Shown here: positions 36,341 through 51,783 of the stretch, one piece after another
How the letters are laid out: each line of letters starts with the position of its first letter
Position numbering within the stretch: the stretch's first letter is position 1
NCBI RefSeq assembly: GCF_947568905.1
Contig: NC_079168.1
Location: 22,196,001-22,260,000, forward strand
Direction of reading: 5' to 3'
Source: Ostrea edulis
Lineage: Eukaryota
Length of the DNA: 64,000 nt
Position numbers and translations under genes: made by a program
Notes under the pieces: model-generated
Told to the model about the DNA's origin: nothing
Databases searched by the model: none
Seen by the model: only the letters and a program-made list of their open reading frames with translations

Positions 36341-39300
36341 GTAAGTTGAAAAGCTAAATTTAAGGAGATTGATCCATTTCTTAAACTAACTGCATCATAG
36401 TTTGATTTCGAAAGTTTTACTGATTAGAGAGTATCAAGGAATTTGTTACTTTCTGTATGACGATCAATTAGTCGACATGGGTTGGAAAAGTAGATTTTGA
36501 ATCTGTATGGTAGAGTTGCCATTCATCATGGCAGTTCACTTTCTTGTGGTTCTGGAGATTTTAAACTTGTGGGTATGTTCATACCACAACAAAAATGTTA
36601 GCAATAAAATCTAGACACATTATTTAGATGATCCTAAGGTATACCAAGCTTTGAAGTTCAATGTAAAAAAAAATTCTCATACGACAAAAATGGCACCACA
36701 TATTTTGGGATAGTGTTGAAGAGTTATGTATGTTGCTATTAAGACAGTTCTAGGTTTGCCCCTTAAAATTGTAAAAAGAATTGATAAACTTGTGAATCCA
36801 TGACCTGCTGCTCACAACAGATTATTGTACTGATTTAACTACTGCAGAGGTACTATTGTGTTGCAAGTGATGAGGAAGATGGTTACCAGTGGATCACTGT
36901 ACGGAGCATGCTGCCTCACAAACACATACTGATATGTAAATGTAATAATTGATCTTTAAGTACTAGAGGTATCAGGTTGGTTGAGAGAGTAAGAGTTTCA
37001 TTGAGAACCAATTAGAAATACTGTAAAACGTGAAAATTTATGCAGGGTCATTGTCGGAAACCCATGATGCAATGTGTTAACGGTGTAACTGTTTCGGTAT
37101 CTCATCATGTCCTGACATGCTTGTTGTCTGCTATAAAAGAGGCTTGAATTAACACTTTCAAAATTGGATGATTCTTCTGAAAACAAAATATAGGAAGAAA
37201 AAAGTCCCTGACAGACTGGGCAGTACCGCTAGAACCAAATTGACAGCTCTGGCCAGGAAATCTCAAAACAATCTTAAGTCACAACAAAAGCAGGACTTAC
37301 CATAAGCCTGAGATTTTACTCAATTTTTGACTGTTTAAATAAAAGAAAACCCAACCTTAAATTTGTCTATGGAGATTATTTCAAGAAATCCAAGCCTGGT
37401 CATTATTTATATATCGGTGTGTCACATGTATTTATTAGATTGATGTATACTGTAACACCACATGCTTATATATTATAAATCAATACGATATTGATATACA
37501 TCATACCTGTTTTAATTAAGTGACCTATTTAAATTATTCGGTAAGTAAGCTCACAAAATGATTTTCATCTCTCTGTGGTGACAGTTGCTGGTCTCTCTTT
37601 CCTTCAACACTCTGATACAGAGTAAGAAAGACATTTATTCCCTCAATCAAAAGTTTGGTTATACCCCATTAGACAAACTAAACTCAAGGTTCATCCTGAG
37701 GACCCTGCTAAGGCAGCCCCATACTCCTGGTCTTTGCTATAGTGTGCACATTATTGTACCCATTTGCACGAGTGTTAATTCTGTCATAAATTTACCAATA
37801 TTATTCTAGAAAGGAACTGTTTTGTGAGAGGAATACATTTGCAATGTTATACAAAGGCAGATGGTTCAAAAAATGTATTTTCAAATGAATGGAATAAAAA
37901 TTTCAATAAAAGCCGAGTCACCCAGTTCTCGCACAGCAGGGTAGAGATGGATGATTTAGCTGACTGGTTACAGGTACATCCTAGAGACCATCGACATTGT
38001 TCTTATCTTGGTAACCTGTGTTTCAGACAATTCCATGGTTTTTGTAAATTAGAAGATTGTATCTTTGATCAATTTTGTATGGACTAGACATTCATAAGGC
38101 AAAGGAAGATTTAAAACCACTATCTCTGCTTCCAGTTTTCGGTGGAACAAATCTGAGAAAATGGGGAGTACTGTATGATACCATAGATTTGTTATCTCCA
38201 TAATAATGGCTTATCAACTTTTTTTAGGGACGTACTTCATAAAATTTAAACCATTTATTTGTGGATGGAGCCAAGTTCAGATAGATAAATTATTAACTTA
38301 TCTTGTGCAAGACAAAACTTTCCTCCTACAGTAATCACTTGCACTGAATGGGTTACCTGCTTCTTCTATCCAAGAAATCTTTTTTGAAGAATAAAAATTT
38401 CTGCAATGTATGTAACACTTCGTTCCAAGTCAGTATTTTGATAACGGCAATTCTTTAAAAGATATGACTAAACACAAGGGAAGGAAGGGAAGAAAAAGAT
38501 GTTGCCCTGAGAAAATGAAAATTTGATTGAATATGGATGAAAAACAAAGGCATCTAATAAAAGGGTTAAAAAATATTGTATCGCTGACAATATCTTTGTC
38601 CAGTCATTAATCTCATTCACTGCATGCAAACAAATCTCGGTGAAAATAGCCAAAATTTGCATAAATTTCAATAAGCTTGACAATGGCTCTATCCTCCTTG
38701 TTATGTGGTTGTATTCCCAATCAGTTTTGAAAGTGTGAAGCAAATTAAAATCAGAAGACAATTCATGACATTACTGGAGAAAAAACGGATGATTTTTGTT
38801 GGAAAAACTCCTATTGATTTTCATGAATGAACCACACAGGACAAAAAGCGTAGAATTTGCTCATTATTGTCAGAGGTATAATTTTGACAACAAAGTCATT
38901 TACAGTGTGGAGAAGGAAGTCCAAGAAGAGACATTTCACCTGCTATTGTTTCCTGCTGTGCTTTTTGGCCCTCCTGACAGTTTGGTGCATGCCACACAGC
39001 AAAAGTTGCTAATTGTCTTTGCGTCTTACATTTTTTTCCCCTCTGAGGAAACGTGTTCCTAGAGTCGGACATGATGTGATATTCCTGGGTATATGGATTT
39101 CTTAATGAGGATTTTCTATAGAAGATGTCTGAAGTGGTGGTGATATGGTGGAGTATACTGTTAGAAAAGTTTGGTAAGTTTTATTTTCTCTCAAAGAAAA
39201 AAATGAGAGAACACATGAACATTTGAATGGATTCTGTGTAATTTGTAGACAACAGTTTAGGAGCAATTCAAGGTTTGATGAGAAAAAATATCAGGAGCAT

Positions 39301-42300
39301 AGGAATTATAATATTGGGATTTTAAAAATATCATTAATAAGCAGCAAAATTATTTTGGTATGCTGCATGAAAGGTTCTGCCACTATATCTGATACTGTCC
39401 ACAGTAAGTGCATTGTTAGATTTTAGATGCTGTTCATGCCTGTATCTGGCTTTTCATTGTTCTCAGCATCTGGCCCATTGCTTAAGTAGGAAATTTTACA
39501 AATATGATTATAGAGATCAGCGGGCCTTTATGAAGCAGAATAATTGCTACTCTTCAACCCATTGCATTGGCTTCACCTGCAGATGTTTGGAATTTCATGA
39601 GAATACCAAATGGACTAGACTTGCAGTGTGTGTGTAGAATCATTGTCATTTTCAGAAGGATGATATATTCAGGAAAATTTACAGGTGGCAGACTGATTAG
39701 GAATGAAATGGAAATTATGTCCTAGTTGTGAAAATGTAAAAAGGTCCTTGCACTTTTATCTTAATCCCACACAATTCTTTTTTTTACGCTTGCTAGTTTT
39801 AATGTTTGGTTCATTGCATGGGCTTAAAGGGAGCTACTATTTTTATAGGCTAATCACATGCAGTTGATTTTAACTGCCCTTCCAAGTTAATGAAGCTAAG
39901 AAATCCAAGGGGTCATTAAAACTGACTATAGAGACAGGACTCTCAGAGGAATGGAAGGCCATTCAGGGTGCAGTGGCTTTCAAAGGCTGTTGTTACAATT
40001 ACTTGGGTGGCCTAGTCTGCACTGCCATTTAAGGGTACACCAGAAAGTATGTTGGTGTTGTGGGAAGTGCCAAGATTGCATAATACAATGAAGCCTGCTT
40101 TTTTTTGGTAAGTTATCTGGCTGAGCATGTCACTTATTTACTTGTCAGTTAGCTTAGAAGACAGCATCATGCAATAAGGATGTCACATAACACCATCTTA
40201 AATGGTTTTAATGTGGTGGTATGGAATCACTGGAGTTTGTTATATTTAACAGGCAGAATAAAAAGTGGGAGAACATGAGCCTTGGTTTGGGGTATATTGA
40301 TTTGGTGATGACACACGCAGGCTCTGAATCCCCCCAAATTATCCTGTCTCCATACCTCTTGACAGAAGAGATCAGTCTGGTCTCAGTATAATGGTGTCTC
40401 TTAAGGTTAATGGCTAGGCCAATAGAGAAAACAGTTTTGTTAATGAACATTTCAGAAAACTCTCGTAAATTTTCATTTCCTAGAATGTAATGAGGAAAAA
40501 ATCTGGCAGTTTTTAAAGACAAATAGCAGGATTATATTCAAGTATCTATAAAATGCACACAGTCATTTGATCTAATATTTCTAATAGGGTATACATATTT
40601 GAAAAACTAAAAAAAAAAAAATTCTCCAGCAAAATGGAGATTAATTGCTGAATCAGCAGACGTGATTGCTAAACAAAGGTCAATTTTTCATCTCTTTGCA
40701 TGCAGTCCTGTCATATGGAGGTGACATGCAAGTCTTCATGTCTTTTAGTTTGCAATTAGGTCCAATTACAAATTTGCCGAGTACAAAAAGTATTATGTAA
40801 TAGATCAATGAAATTTTGCATGCATGAAAGACTGCAATGATATAAATGTGGGAATTCTATATACGCAGTATATTTAGTTGGTGAAGATTTCGCACCACTT
40901 GTCAAAGTAAAGTGCACCTATTACTATGGTGAACAACATATTGAGAGCTTTCTTTGGAAAAACAGAAGAATGTTTATATTATCTGCTGTTTGTTTATTGA
41001 AAAGACCATCCATACAACACATTATGATATTGTTAGTGCAATTGTATATCCTGAAGATTTCCTCGATAACATATGCCCTTAATTCTTTCTTGTGCTATTA
41101 AAATGAATGATTCAGTCTACAAAACTGTCCAAAAATAGATTTTTAGGAATTTAATTACATTTATCTTCATAATGATTATAATGAACATGCAGATTTTATT
41201 AATTTTTTTTGTAGATTTCATTGTGCAAGATTTTAAGTTGTTGAAAGATACATGTTAACTAACCTAAAGCAGGGCATTTGTAGTACAATTCAATGCATTC
41301 CTTGGGAGGTGATAGTTTACCTAGATTTTTCAGAGCATAATTAGAGGTGTATGCTACATGTGACGATTAAACTGCGATCTAGATCCGATTTGTTTACCCA
41401 CGTTTTGTTTTTTTAATTTAGGTTCCTCAGAGAACATATGGGGAAATCTCTCCTGTAAAGCCTGTTAGATTAAGAATTACTTGAAGTAAAATAAAAATGA
41501 TATATAGCTGAACATTGCAGAGAATGTTTTGGTATCTCGTCCACTACTACCCGCCTGCCCCAGAAGGATGCAGAATTTATGCAAAAGTTATCTCCCTTTG
41601 ATTGTAATATTTGTAAAGGAATATGAGCCATTGCACTCTGTGACTTCTAGTAGTGGACCAATTTTTTTATTGATAAAAATATGTATGATATATATGTCAG
41701 TATTTGATCCTACTCACAGATAGATGTTCTGGCAGTAAGAGACCAAAGGCAGACATGGAAGGCTGCACCTGGTGACATTAATTCTGTTTACATGACATTA
41801 CAGGTGTTTTGATACGTTTGGGTTTTTTATTTATCAAGGTACAGTTTTAAGACAGACGGTTAATTTTGTCACATACAGTTGTCATTTAATTCTTTTTTTT
41901 GTGGGTATAAAATCTAATCTGATTCTGAAGTCACGATATTGTGTATATGAGGGTGTATTATTGTTCTTGTCACTGTTTTATGTAACCTAATTGGATTGGG
42001 CCTTATTTATTAATAATACATATATCATGAGAACTGTATATTCTCGTTAGTGTCAGTGAAGTAATTGTTTGGACCACAGAGATAATGTATTCAATCTTCT
42101 TGTGTTTCTTTGATATTACTATTTTAAGCAAGTGATTCAGTTCTTAATCATTTTATTGAATTTCATGAAAATTAATACAGCACTTAAACTTAAATTATAT
42201 CAGTCAGTGAACTTTTTTAAGTAGATGTGTGTTTGAGGTATATATTTCAAAGGAAACTATATTTTAATGGGGTTAAGGCCAGCATGCCTTTTCCCTGTAA

Positions 42301-43846
42301 CTTTGTCACTTATTTGATGACATTAAACTTTGATCAGCCATGTATACTTAATTGGGACTAGTGGGTGGATTACAATTTAGGGAAGTTAAAAGTACACCTG
42401 AATGGACTTCAGAGTCACTTATATATTGTTTACTCAATTCTCTATTGTTCTAACACCCCCCCCCCCAACACCCCCCCCCCCCCCCCCCCCCCGTTTGCCA
42501 AAGCATGTCATCATTTAGTCATTTCACCACTAATACTTGGTGCTTTATTGGTTCTTGGCAATTCTTATTCTTGTACATTTCAATGGTGTTTGATACATGT
42601 ATGTACCTTATGATTTGAACAAATAAGGGAGCAAGTTTAAAAGTTTCCATGTTTTGTAAATTTCAAAATATTTGCATGTGCACTGTTTTGATCCTCTTTT
42701 ACCAGTACCTTACCTGAAAAGAAAGCATTTCAGTTATTTCCTCAATTAAAAGGTAAGGATGGAGTATTAATTGAATAAACTCTAAAGTAAATATTTGGAA
42801 AGGATTGATTTAAATGCAGATTAACTAGAGCATATAATTGTTAGGTCTCGTACCTGTATTCCGCCTTTGTGAAGCGCTGGATAAAGATCAGCCTCTATTA
42901 AAGGCTAAAACTATCGGCTATCAGATTCTGTCAGCAAGTTTGAAGTGGAGTACTTCCTAGTGTTCTGGAGTATAAGAACTAAGTACGTCCTGTTATTCTT
43001 TGTGAAAGAGATCTGACAAAAATAGGTGCATAGTTCTTCAATTACATGTATATAGTTTTCTGTTTACCAAAAATACATGTGGGTGCAGCAAACATAAACA
43101 TTTATCAGTGCCTATTGCCTATTTGTCTTATTCCTCTGTACTTTTAAAATATAAGTTACATTAATCAACACATTCAGTCTGTAGCATTCAGTATAAACCA
43201 TTACTTTGTTGAAGTGTGGACTGCATTTGATAGCATGAAATGGGACCTGTATATCGTAAAACTGAACATCTCTCTTTAGATGCATGTTTTACGACTTATC
43301 ACATATACACGAGGGAAGACAGCGCATTAGAGAGTACAAAACAATAAACTGTACATTCATTGTTTACAAATCTTCATCAAATGCGTATGAAACTTGATTT
43401 ATAAGGAGTATGTTAATTCCAGTGACCTAGGAGCTTTTTTGCTAATTAATAGATGCTGTTATTCAGAGCTAATTGGGATAATGCTAATTGCTATAGCATT
43501 GTTATTTTGGTTTCAGGGTTGGCACAGACTGTGTCCAAGTGTCTGAGGGCATTTTTGTATGACATAATTTAAAACTGTAAACATAAAACTCTCTGACAAG
43601 TGAAAAATATATTGCCTTATTTCAAGACATATATTAAAATGATTTTAAGAAGTATTTTGAGTGACAATTTAAAAGGCTCGATCATTTTGAGGACAGAAAC
43701 AAGTCCAGAAGTGTGTTGTGTTAATTTACAGTAGAACAAAATTATAGCAAAACCCGCTTATAATGAGTTATCATAAAAGGTGTAGTTTCCACTCCCCACA
43801 TTAGTAAAAGTACGGAATAATTCATTAGATGTAACAAATTGCATAG

Positions 43847-43974
43847 CAAACTGCTCACTAGGTGTCCCTGTGGCTTCACTATAACTGTGTCGTACTGTAT
43901 AACTATACAAACTGCTCACTAGGTGTCCCTGTGGCTTCACTATAACTGTGTCGTACTGTATAACTATACAAACT
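43847..43974. repeat. 61-bp perfect tandem duplication
   Basis: caaactgctcactaggtgtccctg...gtataactata at 43847 and 43908. Confidence 0.95.
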
Positions 43975-44014
43975 TGTTAGCATTTAAGGATATACACAGG
44001 TTGACCAGGTACTC

Positions 44015-44388
44015 TTCTTGGACCTTAATAGTAAAGTGACTGTAGTGTTCATGTCAGGTGGTCTATGGGTAGTTCCTTTTCTATTTATAGATCTCCTCGG
44101 ACTTTATTAGTATTCATGTTAGGTGGTCTATGGGTAGTTCTTTTTCTATTTATAGATCTCCTCGGACTTTATTAGTATTCATGTTAAGTGGTCTATGAGT
44201 AGTAACTTTTCTATTTATAGATCTCCTTCTCGGACATTATTAGTGAAGTGACTGGTGTTCATTTTAAGTGGTCTATGGGTAGTTCCTTTTCTATTTATAG
44301 ATCTCCTTCTCGGACCTTATTAGTGAAATGACTGTGTGTTCATGTTAAGTGGTCTATGGGTAGTTCCTTTTCTATTTATAGATCTCCT
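44015..44388. repeat. Minisatellite with about 5 units of 65-81 bp
   Basis: ttcatgt..gtggtctatgggtagttccttttctatttatagatctcc recurs at 44048, 44113, 44178, 44258 and 44339. Confidence 0.9.
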
Positions 44389-47300
44389 TGCATGTAGAGG
44401 ATTTATTAAGTAAAGCAAGAAAAAGAAACAGCATAGAATTTTTCAGGATTCATTTACAAGTTTTGTACGAGAGCACCTTGACTGCATGATCAGTGTAAAC
44501 TGCATTGTTACTTCAGAGATAGGGCATGAGTTCCACTGGTCTAAATGCTCCATATTGTTAATAATTGCCCTGATCAATGACAAGTACTTGTTTATCAGAG
44601 TAGATCATCTTTTCTGATTAACTCAAGGATAGACCTCATCATTGTCTCTATCTTACCATCAGATATTATCACCAGCAATCCAAAGCATTAAACACTGTAC
44701 TCAGTTGTGTTCAGTCAATAACAGGGTGCCAGTCAATGAGTTTAAAATCATGCATCTAATTCACCTTTTTAGACTGTTGGTAAGAAATCTTCTTCAGGTC
44801 ATGGCAACTTGGATTAAATTATACATAAATATATGCATACAAAGTAGAATGAATAAAATATAAAGTTGTGTATCTAAGAATACCCACTCCGTGCGACTGT
44901 TCCTGTTTATTTACTAAGTTGTCCACTGGGTGATTAAATGAGAAAGGTGGACATATAAGTTAGATGCCAAGGTAACATTAAGGTTGTAAATATTTATAAA
45001 TGTAAAAAAGACATTGTCTCTGTATAGCTGTGACTGAAGATTTATTACACTTCGAGTTTTGTGGATCCATTGATCTAAGACTATATATCCAGTATTGTCC
45101 TATATTCTGATGTCCTTGTCTATTGTTTGAACATACATCATCTTAAATATTTATCACGGGTCGCACACCAATAATTAAGAAAACTTCAAACTTCAGCAGT
45201 TTTATTGTTATGAAAAACTTCCTATGACAGTGATTAATAGACAGATCACCGTATAAAGATTACAAAAACTGTCTTTTAATTTCATGATGTGCATTTGATG
45301 GAAATCTGTCTTAGATAAATATTTCTTCAAACGTTAACACCTTATAAATATTTTTTTAAGCAAACGTATCATGTTCTGTTGTGAGAAAACATGGAAACAA
45401 ATTGTTGGAACGTTGAATCTGTTTCAGTTGATGGTGTAAGGGTTATTTTTGTTTCTGCCTGTTTATTGTAAAACATTCTTGCAATTGTTGCACAACCAAA
45501 CATTGTTTTCACTAGAAAAGCAAATCTTAGTTTAAAGACATTTTCTCATGTACCCTTAATCATCCATACACGTAGCGAATGAGAAGAAGATGAAGAAAAC
45601 ATTCCGATTCCCAGTGCTTATTACAGCTATATGGTTAAATATGTTTCTTCTAGAAACTCTTAACTGGTTCCTTCTGGTTTCTTGATGTGCTTATCTTAAT
45701 TTGTAACCTGATACAGTAAAATATGGTTACAGCAAACAGGATTATTCACTTTTTCAGTGAAGTGATTTTCATTTCCTGTCGTTTTGAAACATGAATTTAT
45801 CGAATATAATGAATCACATTTACGAGGAATCGAAATTGTTTTCCTCAGCACTTCACTATAAGCATGTTTTACTGTATAAGTTTGGAATATGACTTTTTTT
45901 TTTATGTCTTTGAAATGAATTTTTCACACCTGGAGGATATCTGTTGCAAGGTTAGTGAGACCACATGACAAAGAACTGGACATACATGCCTCATCTGGCT
46001 CTGCAGTCTCCTTTCATTTAAAGACATAGGAGGACTGAAACTGTGTTCATTAAAGTGATCTGTTTTTGACCTTTGACCTGTCACTCATGATTGGTGTTTG
46101 TCATTTTATTCAGTGAAAGTAACGGAGGACGTTGATCAAAATTAATTCAATAAGATGACACTCGCGATTCCAAATTGAGCAGCTGTTTCAAGTGTAGAAA
46201 AACAAAGGATCTCTGACGATTATACCTTTATACTTTCTTAAATCTACCAAGCAGTAGATGAATGTGTATACAGAGAAACTCTGAATTGCATGTTCTTCAT
46301 TTTCTATTTTTAACTCGCCTATTTCATAGGTTCAGTTGACATTTTCTGACAGAAAACTAACTGTCCAGCTTCTCTCTGTCCCTGTGTTGGTCTTCAGGCA
46401 AATTACTAATTTATATAGGAAACTTGTCCATCCAAAGGGATGCTTGTATAGCAAGCTTTAAAAATTAGAAGAGAGAAAATTTGAGCCTACATATGTTTAA
46501 TGAATTTTCATCATGGAAAAAAACTTTCATAATCCTAATGGCCATCATTTTTTATCTCACAAAGTCACATCTTGTTAACCTGAGATATGAACTGTCCTGC
46601 ATTATCTCAATTTTATCCTATAGTCTTATGATCCCCTGCACAATGCAGTGATTGAAAATGAGTAGGTCCTGTCTTTTGTATAAGGAAATATAATACCAAT
46701 CATAGCTGGTGTTAAAACACATAGGTGTGATGTCACAGTTTTTGTTGTGATGTTATGATACAAATGAATGAGTGGCAGATAGAATTGAGGAGACTAGGTT
46801 TTGTGCAACAAAAAATACAAACCTGCATTTAAGAAATAGCAACTGCTCACATTTATTTTCCAGTTTTAACTCTTAGATGTGAAACACGCTGACACCCCCC
46901 TCCTCACTCCCCTTATCAAATAAATAGCAGCCTTTGGGTTAGTTTAGCATTGGCATGCACAAGATGAAAATCAACCAAGTTACTTTATTGTACTTTTGTC
47001 TATGATCAGCCCAATTTAATGGATCTCAATGTATCCTTACCAAAAGACAGTAAGATAAAAACAACAGAAGGATCTAACATGTAACAAACTTTAATCTGCA
47101 CATTCACTCTATGCAAATGCTGAAAACTATAGAGAGTGTTAAAAAGTGATTAAAGATTACAATTTTGTACAATATGACATTGGTCTTTAATAGATATGTC
47201 GTGCTAATTATGTGGATCATATTAGTACATAAGATTTAAGGATATCGCTGCCTTGCTATTGAATACAGAACTTTGAAGACTTTTTTTTATCCTATTGTGT

Positions 47301-50300
47301 TATCCAGTTTTTTTCAGTTCTGAATTCTGTTACATGCCCCTCCCTGGGCTTAGTAAAACATTAAATATATTTGCTCATTTTTATGCATTTATAGATGTAA
47401 AATACTAAGTGTTACCCCCTAGTGTAGATTGGAACCTCTGGGGAAAAAATTGCGTTGGATGAAACCCATTCCCCTGGAAAGAAAATTGTGGGTCTGCGTA
47501 CGTTTATGTACAGCTGTACTGGAATGATACACTGTCAGCATATAAAATTGTTAGGTAGATTATGTTGCATCTAACTAGCTGACTAATTACAATTTCAGCA
47601 CATTTTTAATTGTGGTCCCTGTCAGAGTCACATGCTACTAAATTGTTATCCTGCTTTTAACCTATTTCAAGTGCCACATAGTCATCAGCTCCGTGTGACG
47701 TGATTTCAACGTTGATTTATAAGATTTTGACAGCATTGGGGAAGATTAATGTCAGAATGTTAAGAATGCACCAGGTGAGCTCGAAACATTATTACAGGTA
47801 ATTGATGATGACTTTACTACAGGGCCAAAAATGAGTGTCGTGTATGGTATACTTCAGGTGAGTGTTATAGCCCATAGGCCTCGTTACCCAATCCCAGGGC
47901 ATGCCTGATAACCACAGTCTCATGTAATCTTGGAAATATTAAATGGCTAGCAACATCTTGGAGAATTAAATACATGTCTGAGATGTTCCTTGGGAATGGA
48001 GGGAGGTGTGCACAAGATCCCGATTAATGTGATTGAAATGCATGAAAAATTGCTAATAGCATGTCCCCCATAGTAAATCACTTCTCAACAAGGGAGTGTG
48101 GCCAACCAGTTATTATAGAAAACGACTGACAACTTAATTATTGTAGTTTGTGCAGCATTACTTTGTGATGTCTAGGACCTGAAATGCATTTTGAGAAAGA
48201 AGGGAAAATTTCTTTTTGAAAAAGAGAGGTTTTTTATGTTTTTAGATGAAACAGATTCTCTGATAGACAATATTTTGATATATTTATGTTTGAAAGATAT
48301 GAATATGTGTAATTGATATTTTGTCAGTGTTAAGATCATTTAATTAAAGTTTACATGAACACACAGAAACATGGTTGCATATGACAGATGAGTGTGTTAA
48401 GTTAAAATTAGCAGTTTTGGGAGTAATATTCTTATGTTCTTGGTGCCAAAATCGTTTTGAAAATCTGACACAAATATAGCAGTTAATAAATTGAATTAAT
48501 TAGGCATGACTTTATGAGGAATAATGACTGGAAATGACCATAAATGAAGTGTTAAAAATGTTATGATGGATGAGGATTAGGCATGAATGGCTGATTATTT
48601 GGAATGGATGTGTCTAATCTGGTGGTAGTAAATGAGGGGGGATCATGCTGAGAACAAACCAGTAATGGTATAGCCTAACAAAGACGCCCATCTCCAGTCC
48701 AGTCTGGGGGATTAAATGGCCTTGATCACATTTTAAACCATGTGAAGATGCTCTTGTTCAGCTTGTTTTCTCAAATATTTTGACATTGGTGTTGCAGAAT
48801 GACCTCAGTGAAGTAGTTTTGACATGAATTGCATGGATTTGTGTGGCAATATTAGGTTTGTTGTCAAGTTTTCAAACTACTTCATTTTAATCTTGAGGAA
48901 ATTTGGGTTAAAATATAGCCTGTTGTAAAGCTAATGGTTTCATATATAATCTGTACATTGTACCCTGACATGTTACGTAAAAGTGAAAAAAATGTTAATA
49001 AATGAAATGTGTCTACAAAATAAGTGAAGGAAATGTTTGTAAATGAAATATATGTCTATAAAGAGCATAAGGCAATATTTTTGTAATTGCCATGAATTGT
49101 ATAATGCAGTAGGTGTTTTTCTCCATTGTAGTGTGTTAACATTTGAACATTTTCTAACTTTTGTGACCAAAATTGGCATAAAAAATTGGTGTGTAGTTTT
49201 ATTGGGGTAAGGGAAACAAAACTTGTGAATTTATTTGGCTGTTTTACTTACTGCAGAGGCATCAAAGCTCAAAAAGTGATAGTCTTAAAAAAATGTTCAT
49301 ACTTAAAACTGCAAGACATCTTGCAGGGAAACTGTATGCATGGTCATGATGAGCAAGGAGGCCTCTACTGAAATAATTCATTGCCTCTTGGTCAGGGTTT
49401 TGGTTCTCTGTACAGTAAAGTTGTCCAGGAGCTGGGGATTTTTCCTGCTGATTCAGATACAAATTTTGGAGTACTGAAACTTTCAGTTAATGACACAAAG
49501 AATGCAGTGGACCACAGATACCTGTTTTCTTAGCTCACCTGAGCTTTAGGCTCAAACTTTCATCACCACATTGTTTAGCAAGGTCATTGGATGAAGTCAT
49601 GGTTACGTGTACCAGGAGGAAAAAGTATTGAATTGTTGTTTAGACAGTAATTCTCAGGCCTGGAAATGATTATTTTTATTCACTGATTACATGGGCTATT
49701 AACTTGAATTGTTACTGGTCAGTTGAAAACGTTTGCTGGCCCTTTAGACCAGTGGAATGGCCCAAATTCTATGATTGAATGATAATGAAATATAATCATG
49801 ATTAATCTCTTGTTTATTCAAACTAGCATCACATGTGGGTTTAAAAAATGTTGTAATCTTGCTACTCTTATCCATGTTTTTCACGTAAACTAAGACAATA
49901 GTTATGGTGTCATCTTCATTTTCATCATTTGTGGAAATTTAATTAGTGTCATGGGATTATGCAGTTAGACATAAAGAAAACATGTAGTTGCATGAAGATA
50001 TTTTTTGGAATACTCAGTTTAAGACAGCTAATGTTCTTAGAAACATTCACGAATTTATTGCCTTACTTTATAGTACAACTTAACAAGAATGAGAAATCAA
50101 GAAATAATATCCAATGATATTACAATGGCAGTAATTGTACTATTCATACCACCACATGTACGCCTATTAAAAAGAGAAAGACAGTGAATTAGATATTTTT
50201 TAGACTTGCTTCATACTGATTGCTTGCAATCTGTGTATGTTTTGTAAATGTGTTTGAAAATGCTCATTGAAATTACCGTAGTAACTCGTTTGCCAACTGA

Positions 50301-51127
50301 AAGTTAATGACACCTGCAAAGGTAATCGTGCATGGCCAGGGACGTAATGGAAGTAAAATAATGTGCACACCAAAAAGGGGCAGTGGCGTTCCTCTGGAAT
50401 CTCATGGGTTTTACTGTTTGTACTGAGCAAATCTAAAAGTAGCTCAAGACTGAGGCAACAAATGCCCATTTTTTAATGATCATTATTTGTCATCAGTTTG
50501 TTGCCAGCATCAATGATAAAAAAAATTCACTAATACAGTACATGTATGCATTCTTCAGGTCATCATCGGTTACCCATGGGTGCTTCTTATCGATTCTCTC
50601 CATCATCACGATATGATTGGTTACCCTGGGTCATGCATAATTCAAAGAGAACATCAGAAAACCATGGGTTTGAGGAAGTGTATTTGGACTCATTGAACCA
50701 TGGTTTGCAACAGTGTCGTTTGGGAAAGGAAAGTGTAGGGGTGGGGCAAAAACTACTCAAAATTGACCAGTTATCAAATATCTTCCCTACAACCCAATGT
50801 CTGTGAAAAAAAAAAACTAAATGCATAGCTATGTAGAGAATTTCATAATCTTCTAGGTAAAGGTTTAGAATGACTCCAAGGTGGAGCTTACACGTGGCAT
50901 AATATATGTAAAACATTTAAACAAAATCTTCTTTGATGCTATTGACACTAAATTGAAATGAAATGGATATTATAGAAGGAGCAGGTAGCCCTTTACAAAC
51001 TTGCAAATTTGATGATCCCAGGGGTAGGGGTTTGGTACCAGAACGGGGCCAAAATGGTCATTGTAGTTGGAAAACAGCTCTTAAGAGCTGTTAAGATGTT
51101 TCTCTGTTTTAAACCCTAGATGAAAAT

Positions 51128-51570
51128 TATTGTACCCTTGTAATTCATTGTGAGAGGGGTCGATATTGTAACAAGACTGTGTGTGTGTTTGTGTGTGTGT
51201 GTGGGTGAGTATGTGTGCAAGTATGTGTAACACTGAGCTGGTATAGACACAATACAGCTAGGCCACATTTTATGCTCGATCAATTTGATACTTCACATGT
51301 TGCTTTTTTATCAAGAGAGGAAGCCTATTGATTTTGAGGTCAAAAGGTCGAAGATCAAGGTCACTATGGGACTCCATAGAAAAAGCTCATACACACCCTA
51401 CAGGCAACAGTTTTTGCTCAATTGATTTGATACTTCACATGTAACTTTGTTATCAAGAGAGGATGGACCCTATTGATTTTGGAATAAAAAGGTCAAGGTC
51501 ACTACAGGACTTCATAGAAAAAGGTTGTAGACATTCATTGCGAGGGGATATGCCCCGCCTTATTGGAGTT
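51128..51570 (+). mobile_element. Degenerate Helentron-associated element (HINE-like) with (GT)n and two satellite-like units
   Basis: T-rich start, (GT)n at about 51178-51212, and two copies of gatacttcacatg..cctattgatttt..ggtcaaggtcacta. Confidence 0.5.
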
Positions 51571-51783
51571 CATAACGTCTATGTTCCTGCTCGTGCTTTC
51601 TCCTCCATACCATGCAGTACATTAAAGGGAGGAGGTTTCATTTGGAGCATTTCCATTTTGGGGAGCTGGAGAGACATTTGTTTTACATCAAACAATCTCT
51701 AGTTATTTTGCACCAACTTTTCTACATTGCCTAAAGATTAATCTACTTGTGACCAAATTAGGACAGCTAGAGTTTGTATTTAA